Below, one piece after another: positions 27,058 to 36,570 of a stretch of DNA of 64,000 nucleotides. Source of the stretch: Candidatus Eiseniibacteriota bacterium (lineage in GTDB: Bacteria; Eisenbacteria; RBG-16-71-46; CAZAMP01). The stretch covers positions 2,688,001 through 2,752,000 of the forward strand of contig OZ245046.1 in the NCBI GenBank assembly GCA_965224245.1, read 5' to 3'. Each line of letters opens with the position of its first letter. The stretch's first letter is position 1. The notes under the pieces are model-generated. The model did not search any database, had not been told where the DNA came from, and was given only the letters and a program-made list of their open reading frames with translations. Position numbers and translations under genes: made by a program.

Positions 27058-28866
27058 CTACTCGAACGCGTTCATCAGCTCCAGCTGGCGGCGAAAGGCC
27101 GACTCCTGCCATCCCACGACGACGTTGATCGTCCGGGCCAGCCCGTACCCGAACGCGAAGCCCAGGGCGAGCAGCTCGGCCGCCCCCACGAGGGCACCGG
27201 TAGCCGTGACCGAGTAGCCCACGAGGTAGTGTGACAGGAGCCCGAGCGTCGGACCGACCACGGGCCCTCCCTTCACGACGAGCCACAGTGTCGCCAGAGC
27301 GAGCGTCAGGCTCGAGACGAGGCCGAGCGCGGCGCCGAGCGCCACCGGATCGTATCGTGCGAAGATGCTCCGGACCAGCTCCGCGGTCACGACGTCGGGC
27401 ACGGCGCCCGGCACGAGCCGATCGCCGCCCTCGCGCGACTCGGTCACCGCCTCGTGATAGTCGGCCTCGACGTTCACGTTCCAGATGTCGTGCGCGGCTC
27501 CGTGGACGCGCTCGGCGGCCAGCATGGCCGTCAGCATCGAGTGGTCCTGGTTGTTGTACCGGTGCTGGCCGTTTCGCCCGACGCACTGGAGCGTCGGCAT
27601 CGACCCGAGCCACTCGCGGAGGGTGGCCAGCGAGGCCTTGTACGCCGCGTCGTAGACCGGGTAGGCCTTCGGCATCCGGATCACCGTGCCGTCCAGCACC
27701 TCCGATGCCTCGATCAGCCCTAGCGCCGCGCACTCCCGGCGCCCCAGCGCCACCAGGTCGGCGTCGGCCATCGCCCAGAGATCGTCGTTCTCCTGGACGA
27801 AGTACTCCAGCCCGAGCGACGTCTTCGTCGGATCGGGCACCATCTCGGGGCTCCAGTTCTTGAAGTTCTGGATCCGACCCAGCTGCACCTTGTCCGAGTG
27901 GATGTAGATCCAGTTGTCCGGAAACACGTCCTCACGATCCACGATCAGCACGATGGTCAGGAAGTCGCGGTAGCGAAGCGCGTTCGCCGCCTCGAGGACC
28001 GCCGCCGGGGGCGCCGGGTCGAGCACGTTCATCAGCGTGCGGAGCGGCATCGACGAGAGCACGTGCGATCCCGGCTCGAAACGCTCGCGTCCGTCCCGAT
28101 CCCGCACGGTCACACCGGTCACGCGCCCGTCGGCGTGGTGCACGCGCACCACCGTCGTCTCGAGGTGGGTCTCGACGCCGGCCGCGGCCACGACGTCCCG
28201 GACGCGCTCCCACATCATTCCCGGTCCGAGCCTCGGGTAGTGGAAGCGATCGATCAGCGTGGTGATGACCGTTCCGTCCCGGCTGGATCCGACGAGCGCG
28301 TTCCGCACCGCCGCCTTCAGGTCGAGGTTCTTGATTCGCTGGGCCGCCCAGTCCGCGCCGATCTCCGAGCACGGGATGCCCCACACCTTCTCGGTGTAGG
28401 TCTTGAAGAAGATCTCGTAGAGACGCCGTCCGAACCGGTTGGTGACCCACTGCTCGAAGCTGCGTTCCTCGGGTGAGGGGGCCAGCTGCGCGCGGGCATA
28501 GCTGAGACCGACGCGGAGCGATTCCAGGAGACCCAGTCCGCGGAGGGCGTTCATCGGCTTCAGCGGGTAGTCGAAGAAGCGATCGTTGTAGTAGATGCGC
28601 GAGAGACGGGGTCGCACCAGAAACTCGTCCCCCAGCACCTCGTGCCAGAGCGACTCCACGCGTGGAACCTTCGTGAAGAACCGGTGTCCGCCGACGTCGA
28701 AGCGATAGCCCGCGTACTCGTCGGTGCGGGAGATGCCGCCCACGAGCGCATCCGCCTCGAACACGACCGTCGGCGTGCCCGACCCGGCCAGCTCGTACGC
28801 GGCCGTCAGCCCGGCGGGTCCCGCCCCGATGATGATGCAGCGCTGGTCGAGCGTCACGGCGTCCAA
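27058..28866 (-). CDS. FAD-dependent oxidoreductase (HemY/UDP-galactopyranose mutase-like superfamily) with C-terminal membrane domain
   Basis: IIGAGPAGLTAA, DVGGHRFFTK, FPDNWIYIH, KAYPVYD, GRNGQHRYNNQDHSM; start uncertain (TTG 28866 or GTG 28857). Confidence 0.88.
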   Translation of the reverse strand: MDAVTLDQRCIIIGAGPAGLTAAYELAGSGTPTVVFEADALVGGISRTDEYAGYRFDVGGHRFFTKVPRVESLWHEVLGDEFLVRPRLSRIYYNDRFFDYPLKPMNALRGLGLLESLRVGLSYARAQLAPSPEERSFEQWVTNRFGRRLYEIFFKTYTEKVWGIPCSEIGADWAAQRIKNLDLKAAVRNALVGSSRDGTVITTLIDRFHYPRLGPGMMWERVRDVVAAAGVETHLETTVVRVHHADGRVTGVTVRDRDGRERFEPGSHVLSSMPLRTLMNVLDPAPPAAVLEAANALRYRDFLTIVLIVDREDVFPDNWIYIHSDKVQLGRIQNFKNWSPEMVPDPTKTSLGLEYFVQENDDLWAMADADLVALGRRECAALGLIEASEVLDGTVIRMPKAYPVYDAAYKASLATLREWLGSMPTLQCVGRNGQHRYNNQDHSMLTAMLAAERVHGAAHDIWNVNVEADYHEAVTESREGGDRLVPGAVPDVVTAELVRSIFARYDPVALGAALGLVSSLTLALATLWLVVKGGPVVGPTLGLLSHYLVGYSVTATGALVGAAELLALGFAFGYGLARTINVVVGWQESAFRRQLELMNAFE

Positions 28867-29111
28867 TCGGCCCCCAGGACGTGTCGCGCGGAAGTGCGGC
28901 CGGATGTCGGCCGGATCGCGGCTGGCCCCTCGATGGAACAGGCATTCATGTCTATCTTGCTAAGTGCTTTCGTGACAAGCCCAAACGACACCCGCCGCCC
29001 CGGCCGGACGCGCAACACGCGGGTGGCCATGAAGATGCGCCGCTGCTAGTCTCGCCCGAGCGGCGGCTCGGACTCGCCGCACGTCACTGCCGGACCCGAC
29101 CGGGAGGCTCC

Positions 29112-29531
29112 ATGCGCCAGTCCACCGAGACGTTCACGTTCGAGACGCCCGGCCCCGGGACGACCAACGTCACCGAGCCCGTCCGCCGGTACGTCGCGAG
29201 CGTGGGCATCGTGTCCGGCCTGTTGACGCTGCACGTGGCCCATACGTCGGCCAGCCTGATGATCCAGGAGAACGCCGACCCCGACGTGATGGCGGACTTC
29301 GAGCGCTTCTTCCGGAGGCTCGTGCCCTGGGGCGACCCCGAGTTCCGCCACGACGCCGAGGGACCCGACGACATGCCCGCGCACATCCGCTCCGCGCTCA
29401 CGGCCACGTCGCTCTCGATCCCCATCGTGCAGGGTCGCCTCGCGCTCGGCACCTGGCAGGGCATCTTCCTGTACGAGCACCGCGCCGCGCCGCACCGGCG
29501 ACGCGTGGTCGCGCACGTCATCGGGGAGTGA
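29112..29531 (+). CDS. yjbQ: YjbQ/UPF0047 family (secondary thiamine-phosphate synthase-like) protein
   Basis: HTSASL.IQENADP.V, EGPDDMPAHI, LGTWQGI.L.EHR; GGAGG RBS. Confidence 0.93.
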   Translation: MRQSTETFTFETPGPGTTNVTEPVRRYVASVGIVSGLLTLHVAHTSASLMIQENADPDVMADFERFFRRLVPWGDPEFRHDAEGPDDMPAHIRSALTATSLSIPIVQGRLALGTWQGIFLYEHRAAPHRRRVVAHVIGE

Positions 29532-29563
29532 CCGGATCGGCTCGGCCGGCGCGCCCGACGGTC

Positions 29564-31096
29564 TCACGCCTCGGCGCGATGGAACGCGAGCATGTACACC
29601 GCGGCCTTGCGCCGGCCGATCATCTCGAGGATCCGGCGACCGACCAGCCACTGGAGATGATACTTGGCCCGCGCCTGCCCGCAGCCGAACTCGCGCTGGT
29701 AGCTCGTGTTCTTGAACACGGCCCCGGCGAACAGGAGCAGGAACTCACGCAGCAACGCGGGCGCCGGCGCGTCGAAGAAGCTCATGCCGTCGCCCAGTCG
29801 CCGTTCCAGCGTGTCCTCGAACTCGTTGGGATCGATCGGACCGAGGAGCTGTCCCAGTCGGCGCGTGCCGTCCGGCGAGGCCAGCTTCCGGGGCAGCGTC
29901 ACGGTGGCGGCCTTGCGGGCCGACGGGTCGGCGTACGCCGCGGTGGCCAGCACGAACTCCACCAGCGCCCGACGATCGATGCCGTCCTCGACCGCGGGCA
30001 GGATCTCGCGGCATCGATTGAGAATCGGAGGCACCCGGCGATGCTCGCCTGCGTCGGCCAGGCTGCGGGCGGCCAGGGCCAGCGACGTGAACTCCTGGGC
30101 CGCCGCGGCCCCCTGCCGCGCGAAGTCGCGCGCACGGTCGATGGCGGCCAGGCCGGCTTCGAGGTCGCCCTCGGTGAAGTACAGGATCGCCAGGTTGCGG
30201 GCACTCTCGGTCATCAGACCCGGACGTCCGGCCGCGGCGTGAAAGCGGATGGCCTGCGCGTACGATTCGCGTGCGGCCTCGACGTCCCCGAGGCGGCGAC
30301 AGGTCAGCGCGAGATTGTTGTAGTGGCGCCCGAGCACGGGGATGTCGAGGCGACGCAGGTCCTCGGCGATCAGCTCGTCGTGGATTTTGCGGGCCTTGTC
30401 CAGCTTCGACTCCTCGAACGCGAGATTCGCCACGTTGCCGAGGTACAGGCGCCGGAGCGCCCAGTCCGGCGACTCGTCGATGACCTGACGGGCGGATGCG
30501 TTCGAGCGGCGGGCCTGCGCCGTCTGACCCTGCTCCAGCTGCGCGTTGGCCATCCACAGGAGCGCCACCGCGCGATACTCGAGCACACCGCGTTCGAGCA
30601 CGTCGGCGTACACGCGCTCGGCGGCGGCATGCTCGCCGAGCTGACGATACGTGCGCCCCAGCAGGAGCTCGATCTCGGTGCGGATGCGTCGCTCCTTCTC
30701 CGAGATCCGGTGTCCGTCCAGGAGGATCTCCTTGGCCTCGGTGAGCCGGCCGCAGCGGAAGTGATGCCACATGCCGATTCCGAAGTGGAATCGCGACTGG
30801 AACGGGTAGCCCTCGGTCGCCTTCATGCCGCGCTCGAAGTGCGCGAGCCCCGCCTCGGGATCCCCGGCGATCGCGTGCACGATCGCGGTCCGGTAGAGGA
30901 GCGAGAGACGGGCATCGGTGTCGCGCAGCTCACGCCGCCGGAGCAGTCGATCGGCGTGCGCCAGCAACGCGTCGGTGTCGAACGTGTGGGGAATGGAGGC
31001 CGTCTCCAGGCCGAGCTCGTCGTGGATCTCGAAGATGCGGTCGTGGAGTCGACGGCGGTGAAGATTGACATCGAACGGCGCGAGATTCTCAATCAT
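29564..31096 (-). CDS. TPR-repeat protein with C-terminal winged-helix domain, putative regulator
   Basis: Repeats such as YLGNVANLA, YNNLALT, RNLAILY..GD...A; C-terminal NTSYQREF....AKYHLQWLV...ILEMIG.RK..VY; start uncertain. Confidence 0.7.
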   Translation of the reverse strand: MIENLAPFDVNLHRRRLHDRIFEIHDELGLETASIPHTFDTDALLAHADRLLRRRELRDTDARLSLLYRTAIVHAIAGDPEAGLAHFERGMKATEGYPFQSRFHFGIGMWHHFRCGRLTEAKEILLDGHRISEKERRIRTEIELLLGRTYRQLGEHAAAERVYADVLERGVLEYRAVALLWMANAQLEQGQTAQARRSNASARQVIDESPDWALRRLYLGNVANLAFEESKLDKARKIHDELIAEDLRRLDIPVLGRHYNNLALTCRRLGDVEAARESYAQAIRFHAAAGRPGLMTESARNLAILYFTEGDLEAGLAAIDRARDFARQGAAAAQEFTSLALAARSLADAGEHRRVPPILNRCREILPAVEDGIDRRALVEFVLATAAYADPSARKAATVTLPRKLASPDGTRRLGQLLGPIDPNEFEDTLERRLGDGMSFFDAPAPALLREFLLLFAGAVFKNTSYQREFGCGQARAKYHLQWLVGRRILEMIGRRKAAVYMLAFHRAEA

Positions 31097-31475
31097 GTCG
31101 ATGAATCCTACGTTTCGGCATCGAACGCTGGCAGGTGACCGATCCGAGAGGCGGGTCACTGTAGTCGGAAGCCCGGCGTCGACGCAACGATTCGCCGTGT
31201 GTGACGCGGTGGACGTCGGCGGTCGCCGCGCTGCATCGCGTGCGTCGACGATTCCCACCGCCGGAGATCATGCATTCCGTTCCATCAAGACAATGCTCGT
31301 TCTACTGCGGGTTTGGATGACGCCTCGACGCGTCCGGCGTCGCGAGCCTGCAACGTCGCACCGGTGCCCGGCGTCGCGAGAGCCGGCCTTGGCTTTTGGC
31401 GAGTCCGTGATTACTGTATCCGGTTCGAGATCGATCGTCGCTTCGTGGCGTCCGCGGACTCGAGGGAGGTGTCTG

Positions 31476-32087
31476 ATGCGATCGTGCATCTGGATCGTGG
31501 CGCTCTTGACGTCGGCTCTGGGCTGGGATGGCGCACTCGCGGCGCATCCTCACGAGCGGACCGGGTTTCTGATCGGGTTCGATCTGGGCGGCGGAAGCGC
31601 GCAGGTCGACTGGGAGGTCGACGACGTCACGCTGTCGAGCGATCGGGAGTCGGGGGGCGCCGGCAACTTCCGGATCGGCTACGCGACGCGTCCGGATCTG
31701 GCCATCGCGCTCGAGGCGACCGGCTGGACGCGGACCTACGACGTCGAGGGAACGGCGTTCGAGGTGACGACCTCGTTCAGCGTGGTCGGCCCGTCCCTGA
31801 CCTGGTATCCCGAGGCCGGCGGGTTCTTCGTACGGGGGACGATCGGCTCCGGTCGCGTCCGCGTCGAGTTCTCCGGCGACGGCATCTCGATCGTGGGCGA
31901 GGACCACGGTCTGGGCGCCGCCATCGCCGGGGGCTACGAGTGGCGCCTGACTCGGCGATTCGCGCTGGGCGTACAGGCGGATCTCGGCGCGATCGACGTG
32001 GGCGAGGTCACCTCCGAGGACGGGAGCACGTCGGACCTGAAGGTCGACTTCGCGAACCTGACCGCCGCGTTCAACTGGTACTGGTAG
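31476..32087 (+). CDS. Outer-membrane beta-barrel protein (small, OmpA-like TM/porin type)
   Basis: GGAGGT RBS, signal peptide, amphipathic strands, terminal FNWYW aromatic beta-signal. Confidence 0.8.
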   Translation: MRSCIWIVALLTSALGWDGALAAHPHERTGFLIGFDLGGGSAQVDWEVDDVTLSSDRESGGAGNFRIGYATRPDLAIALEATGWTRTYDVEGTAFEVTTSFSVVGPSLTWYPEAGGFFVRGTIGSGRVRVEFSGDGISIVGEDHGLGAAIAGGYEWRLTRRFALGVQADLGAIDVGEVTSEDGSTSDLKVDFANLTAAFNWYW

Positions 32088-32183
32088 GCCCGCCGCGGAT
32101 GGCCGATCGGCGCCGGCAGCCACGTGGTAGAATCGATCGATCGCGATCCGCCTCTCCGACACACCGCAGGAGGTCGTCGTCCC

Positions 32184-34739
32184 ATGTCGCTCCGATCCCG
32201 CACCTCACGGATACCTCGGGCTCTGGGTCTCATGACCCTCGGCGCCGGCGCGATCGGCGCCGGTGTCCTCATGATCACCCCCGGCCGAGAGGCTCCCGTC
32301 GCCCCGGACGGGGTTCCCGCCCCCACCGAGATCGCCCGCATCGCCGAGGAGCGCCGCGATCATCGGGAGGCACGCGACGCGTGGTACGAGAGCCTCCACC
32401 TCGCCGCGCCCGGGGTCGACTGGCGAGAGATCGAGGCCGAGAATCGCGCTCGCCTCCGTGTCGAGCGCGCGGCGCACGATCGCTCGGACCGTGTCGGGGC
32501 GGGTGCGTGGACCGAGATCGGAAGCCGCAACCAGGCCGGTCGCACACACGCCGCCGCCGTCTCGCCGGCCTCGGGCGCCCTCTACGTGGGCACGTCGCTC
32601 GGCGGCGTGTGGCGCGGCACGATCGACGGCACCGACTGGACGCCGCTCTCGGACGGGCTCGGACTCGGATCGCACGGGCTCGTGGTCTCGTCCGGCTCGC
32701 CGGAGGTCATCACGTCGGTCACCGACGGCGGTACCGTGCACGCGTCGGTGAACGACGGCGTGTCGTGGTTCGTCCCCTCCGGGCTTCCCAACCGGATCAA
32801 CGAGTGCCGGCGCGTGATCGCCGACGCGGCCGTGCCCGGCCGCGTGTATCTGCTGGTCCGAGGCAACGACTACGTCGACGACGTCCTGACCTATGGGAAC
32901 TTCGTCCTCCGCTCCGACGACGGCGGGCAGTCGTACACGCGGATGCACATCGAGGGCTACTGGCCCATCTGCGACGTGTGGATCGATCGCGTCGCCGGGG
33001 GCGATCTGTATCTGATGGCCGGCAGCACGATGTCCGTCTCCACGGACGGGGCCGCGTCCTTCTCGACCGTCGGCACCGCCGCCCTGACCACCGACCGCGT
33101 GATCCTCACGGGCTCCGAGGCGGGTGCGCCCACGTTCTACGCGGCGTTCCTGAACGGCTCACAGTGGGAGCTCTGGCGCTCGACGGACGGCGGGACGAGC
33201 TGGGCCTACGGGTACGACATCCACGACTGGTGGGAGACGCTGGCCGCGTCGATCACGAATCCGAACCTCGTCCTCTTCGCCGGCGTCGAGTGCTGGCGGT
33301 CCACGAACGGCGGCGGCTCGTTCGCCAAGGTCAACAACTGGTGGGACTACTACGGCGATCCGGTCACGAAGCTGCACGCGGACTTTCCCGGCATGGACTG
33401 CGTGATGGTGGACGGCCAGGAGACGTTCTTCCTGAACACCGACGGCGGTACGTTCAAGTCGATCGACGGCGTCGCGTCGGTGACGAACCTCTCGCTCGAC
33501 GGGCTCGGAATCAGCCAGTACTACTCGGTGTTCACCAGCGACTCGAACCCGTATCTCATCGTGGCCGGCGCTCAGGACCAGGGCTATCAGCAGTCCGTAC
33601 CGGGAGCCGCCCCGTTCCTCGACTTCGCGCAGCTCATCTCCGGCGACTACGGGCACCTGACGTCGACCGTGCGCGATCACAACCTCCTGTTCAGCGTCTA
33701 TCCCGGGTTCGTGCTGGTCCAGAACCGGGAAACGGCGCCGCAGGGCCTCATCCAGGTGGACTTCCCGGCCGGCGCCTCGTACAGCTGGATGCCGAACATC
33801 GAGGCCGATCCCACCGATCCGGAGGTGTTCTACTTCTGCGCCGACCATCTGTGGCGCTACGAGCACGTGTCGGGCGCGACCTGGTCACAGACCCAGCTCC
33901 CACAGGACTTCACGGTCGCGGGCGGCGCGTTCCTGACCGCGCTCGGCATCTCGCCCGGCAACCCCGCCTACCGCTACGCGATCACGAACTCGGGCAAGCC
34001 CTGGTACTCGCACGACGGCGGCGCCTCGTGGACCGCGTCGGCCGACGGCGGTCCCGGCGCACACTACTTCTACGGCACCGACATCCTCGTCTCGCCGACC
34101 GACCCCCTGATCGCGTACGCCGGCGGCAGCGGCTACTCCGGTCCGGCGGTGTATCGCACGATCGACGGCGGCGTCACCTGGCAGGCGATGGGTGACGGGC
34201 TGCCGTCGACGCTCGTGTTCGGCCTCGCGTTCGACGACGACGTGGATCAGACACTCTTCGCCGCCACCGAGGCGGGTCCGTACGCGTACCTGTCTGGTGC
34301 CGGGCAGTGGGTCTCGATCCTCGGGACCGCGCCCCTGACCACGTACTGGTGCGTCGAAGGCGTGCCCGCGATCGACGTCGTGCGCTTCGGCACGTACGGC
34401 CGTGGCATCTGGGACTTCGACGCGCTGTCGCCGGTCGCGGTGGCGGACGCGGTGGATCCGTTCGCCGGCCTGGCGGTATCGGTGACGCCGAACCCCGCCT
34501 CGTCGGCGGCCGGCATCGGCTTCTCGCTGGACCGGGAGGCCTCGATCGACGTGGAGGTGTACGACGTCACGGGACGGCGGCTGGCGACCCCGTTCACGGG
34601 TGTTCGACCGGCGGGTGATCACACGATCCGATTCGATCTCGTCACGTCGGCGGGTCGACCGCTGGAGACGGGGGTTTACGTCGTCCGCGTGGCCACCGGT
34701 CGGGCGCAACGTACGGCCAAGCTGCGCGTGATCCGATGA
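32184..34739 (+). CDS. Secreted BNR/Asp-box (VPS10/GH74-like) beta-propeller protein with FlgD-Ig/T9SS-like C-terminal domain
   Basis: Many S/T-x-D-G-G-x-[ST]-W repeats, GAQDQG, GTYGRGIW, terminal PNP...VYDVTGRR...GVYVVR; AGGAGG RBS. Confidence 0.85.
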   Translation: MSLRSRTSRIPRALGLMTLGAGAIGAGVLMITPGREAPVAPDGVPAPTEIARIAEERRDHREARDAWYESLHLAAPGVDWREIEAENRARLRVERAAHDRSDRVGAGAWTEIGSRNQAGRTHAAAVSPASGALYVGTSLGGVWRGTIDGTDWTPLSDGLGLGSHGLVVSSGSPEVITSVTDGGTVHASVNDGVSWFVPSGLPNRINECRRVIADAAVPGRVYLLVRGNDYVDDVLTYGNFVLRSDDGGQSYTRMHIEGYWPICDVWIDRVAGGDLYLMAGSTMSVSTDGAASFSTVGTAALTTDRVILTGSEAGAPTFYAAFLNGSQWELWRSTDGGTSWAYGYDIHDWWETLAASITNPNLVLFAGVECWRSTNGGGSFAKVNNWWDYYGDPVTKLHADFPGMDCVMVDGQETFFLNTDGGTFKSIDGVASVTNLSLDGLGISQYYSVFTSDSNPYLIVAGAQDQGYQQSVPGAAPFLDFAQLISGDYGHLTSTVRDHNLLFSVYPGFVLVQNRETAPQGLIQVDFPAGASYSWMPNIEADPTDPEVFYFCADHLWRYEHVSGATWSQTQLPQDFTVAGGAFLTALGISPGNPAYRYAITNSGKPWYSHDGGASWTASADGGPGAHYFYGTDILVSPTDPLIAYAGGSGYSGPAVYRTIDGGVTWQAMGDGLPSTLVFGLAFDDDVDQTLFAATEAGPYAYLSGAGQWVSILGTAPLTTYWCVEGVPAIDVVRFGTYGRGIWDFDALSPVAVADAVDPFAGLAVSVTPNPASSAAGIGFSLDREASIDVEVYDVTGRRLATPFTGVRPAGDHTIRFDLVTSAGRPLETGVYVVRVATGRAQRTAKLRVIR

Positions 34740-34740
34740 C

Positions 34741-34790
34741 GGGGCGGGCGGGCCCGGCGAGCCAGCGCGGGCACCCGGGCCGCTTGCCCT
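34741..34790 (+). terminator. GC-rich imperfect hairpin after the BNR protein gene
   Basis: GGGCGGGCGG(G)CCCGG pairs with CCGGGCCGCTTGCCC; no U tract. Confidence 0.3.
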
Positions 34791-34821
34791 CGAGGCGACC
34801 GGACGGCTAATCTCCGTCGCC

Positions 34822-35577
34822 ATGAAGCACCTCATCTGCGACATCGACGGCGTCCTCCTCCGGGACAACACGTTGATTCCGGGGGCCGACACGTTCATCC
34901 GACGCGTTCGGGAGCGGGAGATCCCCTATCTGCTCCTGACGAACTACCCGTCGCAGACCGCCCAGGACCTCCACAACCGGGTCGTCTCGGCGGGGCTCGA
35001 CGTCGAGCCCGATCGCTTCTACACGTCGGCCATGGCCACGGGGGCGTTCCTGGCCCGCCAGGAGGGACGCAAGGCGTTCGTCATCGGAGAGGGCGCGTTG
35101 ACGCACGAGCTGTACGCCTCGGGCTTCACGATCACCGACGTCGACCCCGACGTGGTCGTCATCGGCGAGACCCGGGCCTACAACTGGGACATGATCCGAA
35201 AGGCGTCGCAGCTCATCATGCGCGGCGCCCGGTTCATCGCCACGAATCCCGACGTCGCGGGACCCGACGGTCATCCGGCGTGTGGCGCACTCTGTGCCCC
35301 GATCGAGCGGATCACCGGCAAGCAGCCGTACTACATCGGGAAGCCGAACGCATGGATGATGCGCGCGGCGTTGAACCGGCTCGACGCCCACTCCGAGGAC
35401 ACGACGATGGTCGGGGACAACCTCGCCACGGACATCCTGGCCGGCATCCAGGCGGGCATGACGACGATCCTCGTCCTGACCGGGGTGAGCCGGATCGCCG
35501 ATCTCGATCTGTACCCGTACCGCCCGACGCACGTGTTCGAGTCCGCGGGCGACATCGACACGTTCGACACGGCGTGA
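34822..35577 (+). CDS. nagD: HAD-IIA hydrolase, NagD (ribonucleotide monophosphatase)
   Basis: ICDIDGVL, LLTNYPSQT, FYTSAMAT, FIATNPD, PACGALCA, GKP, VGDNL.TDILAG. Confidence 0.92.
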   Translation: MKHLICDIDGVLLRDNTLIPGADTFIRRVREREIPYLLLTNYPSQTAQDLHNRVVSAGLDVEPDRFYTSAMATGAFLARQEGRKAFVIGEGALTHELYASGFTITDVDPDVVVIGETRAYNWDMIRKASQLIMRGARFIATNPDVAGPDGHPACGALCAPIERITGKQPYYIGKPNAWMMRAALNRLDAHSEDTTMVGDNLATDILAGIQAGMTTILVLTGVSRIADLDLYPYRPTHVFESAGDIDTFDTA

Positions 35578-35607
35578 GCGTGCGCGTCGCGGTGGGGAGC
35601 GGCGACG

Positions 35608-36462
35608 CTACCGGGAGCCGCGGCCGAACATCGCCTTGACGAGCTCCACCACCGATTCGCGGATCTCGCTCCCGGTGGGCACGGTCGGATCGGCGGCGGT
35701 GGACACGTCGTCGTCCCGCACGTACGCGGGGCGCGGGCGCTCGCTGCCCGGCACGCCGGCGGCCATGACGAACGCGGCGATGTCGGCCAGCTCGTCGGCG
35801 TCACACCACGTCCCGTGCGCCCGGCAGCGGTCGATGATGATCCCCGATCGCACCCCGAAGTTCCGCCGCTGCATCATCGACCGGCAGACCGGACACCGCC
35901 GGTAGGCCACGTGGCGATCGAACGCCGCGCGACGCGCGGCGTCGCGGAACGGTCCGTCCTCGCCCGCGCGTGAGGGGGTGTCGTCGACGAGCTCACCTGC
36001 GCGGGCGACCAGCCTCGAGAACGTCTCCCGTGCGATCCACAGCCCCTCGCAGCGCGGGCATCGGTGGACGTAGGAGTCACCGGCGGGTACGATCTCGAGT
36101 GCCTCCTCGCAGACGGGGCAGTCGAAGCGGCTGCCGCACTCCAGCGGACGCTCGGGGCGAAACGCCACGCCGCACGCGGTGCAGAAACGATGATGATCGG
36201 CGTTGCGGGCGAAGCACTCGGGGCAGATCAGTCGCAGTCGCGCGTGCTCGCGAACGATCTCCGATCCGCAGTAGGTGCACGCACCCGCATCGGGTGGCAC
36301 GCCGGCACCGCAGCCCCCGCAGCGCGTATTCGGAACGTCCAGGCTGCGCGCGGTGACCTCGGACGTCGGAACGAGCGCCCCGCACGGGCAGCCGACGCGG
36401 TCGCCCCGGATCCCCTCCACGTCGTACTGGCGATGACAGTCGGGACACGCGACCAGCCGCAC
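35608..36462 (-). CDS. Multi-zinc-ribbon protein with zf-TFIIB-like domains
   Basis: About ten CxxC-type pairs (CPDC, CPC, CGGC, CTYC, CPEC, CTAC, CPVC, CPRC.G.W, CPVC, CRAHG.W.D..EL). Confidence 0.8.
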   Translation of the reverse strand: MRLVACPDCHRQYDVEGIRGDRVGCPCGALVPTSEVTARSLDVPNTRCGGCGAGVPPDAGACTYCGSEIVREHARLRLICPECFARNADHHRFCTACGVAFRPERPLECGSRFDCPVCEEALEIVPAGDSYVHRCPRCEGLWIARETFSRLVARAGELVDDTPSRAGEDGPFRDAARRAAFDRHVAYRRCPVCRSMMQRRNFGVRSGIIIDRCRAHGTWCDADELADIAAFVMAAGVPGSERPRPAYVRDDDVSTAADPTVPTGSEIRESVVELVKAMFGRGSR

Positions 36463-36570
36463 GGCACCCTCCGCGAGGACCCGATCGACGCCGGGCCGAT
36501 CCGCGGCGCCGGGCGGGTACCTCTCGAACGTCGGCAGCGCGTGGCCGTGCCTTTAGTCACCGGTTGCCGG

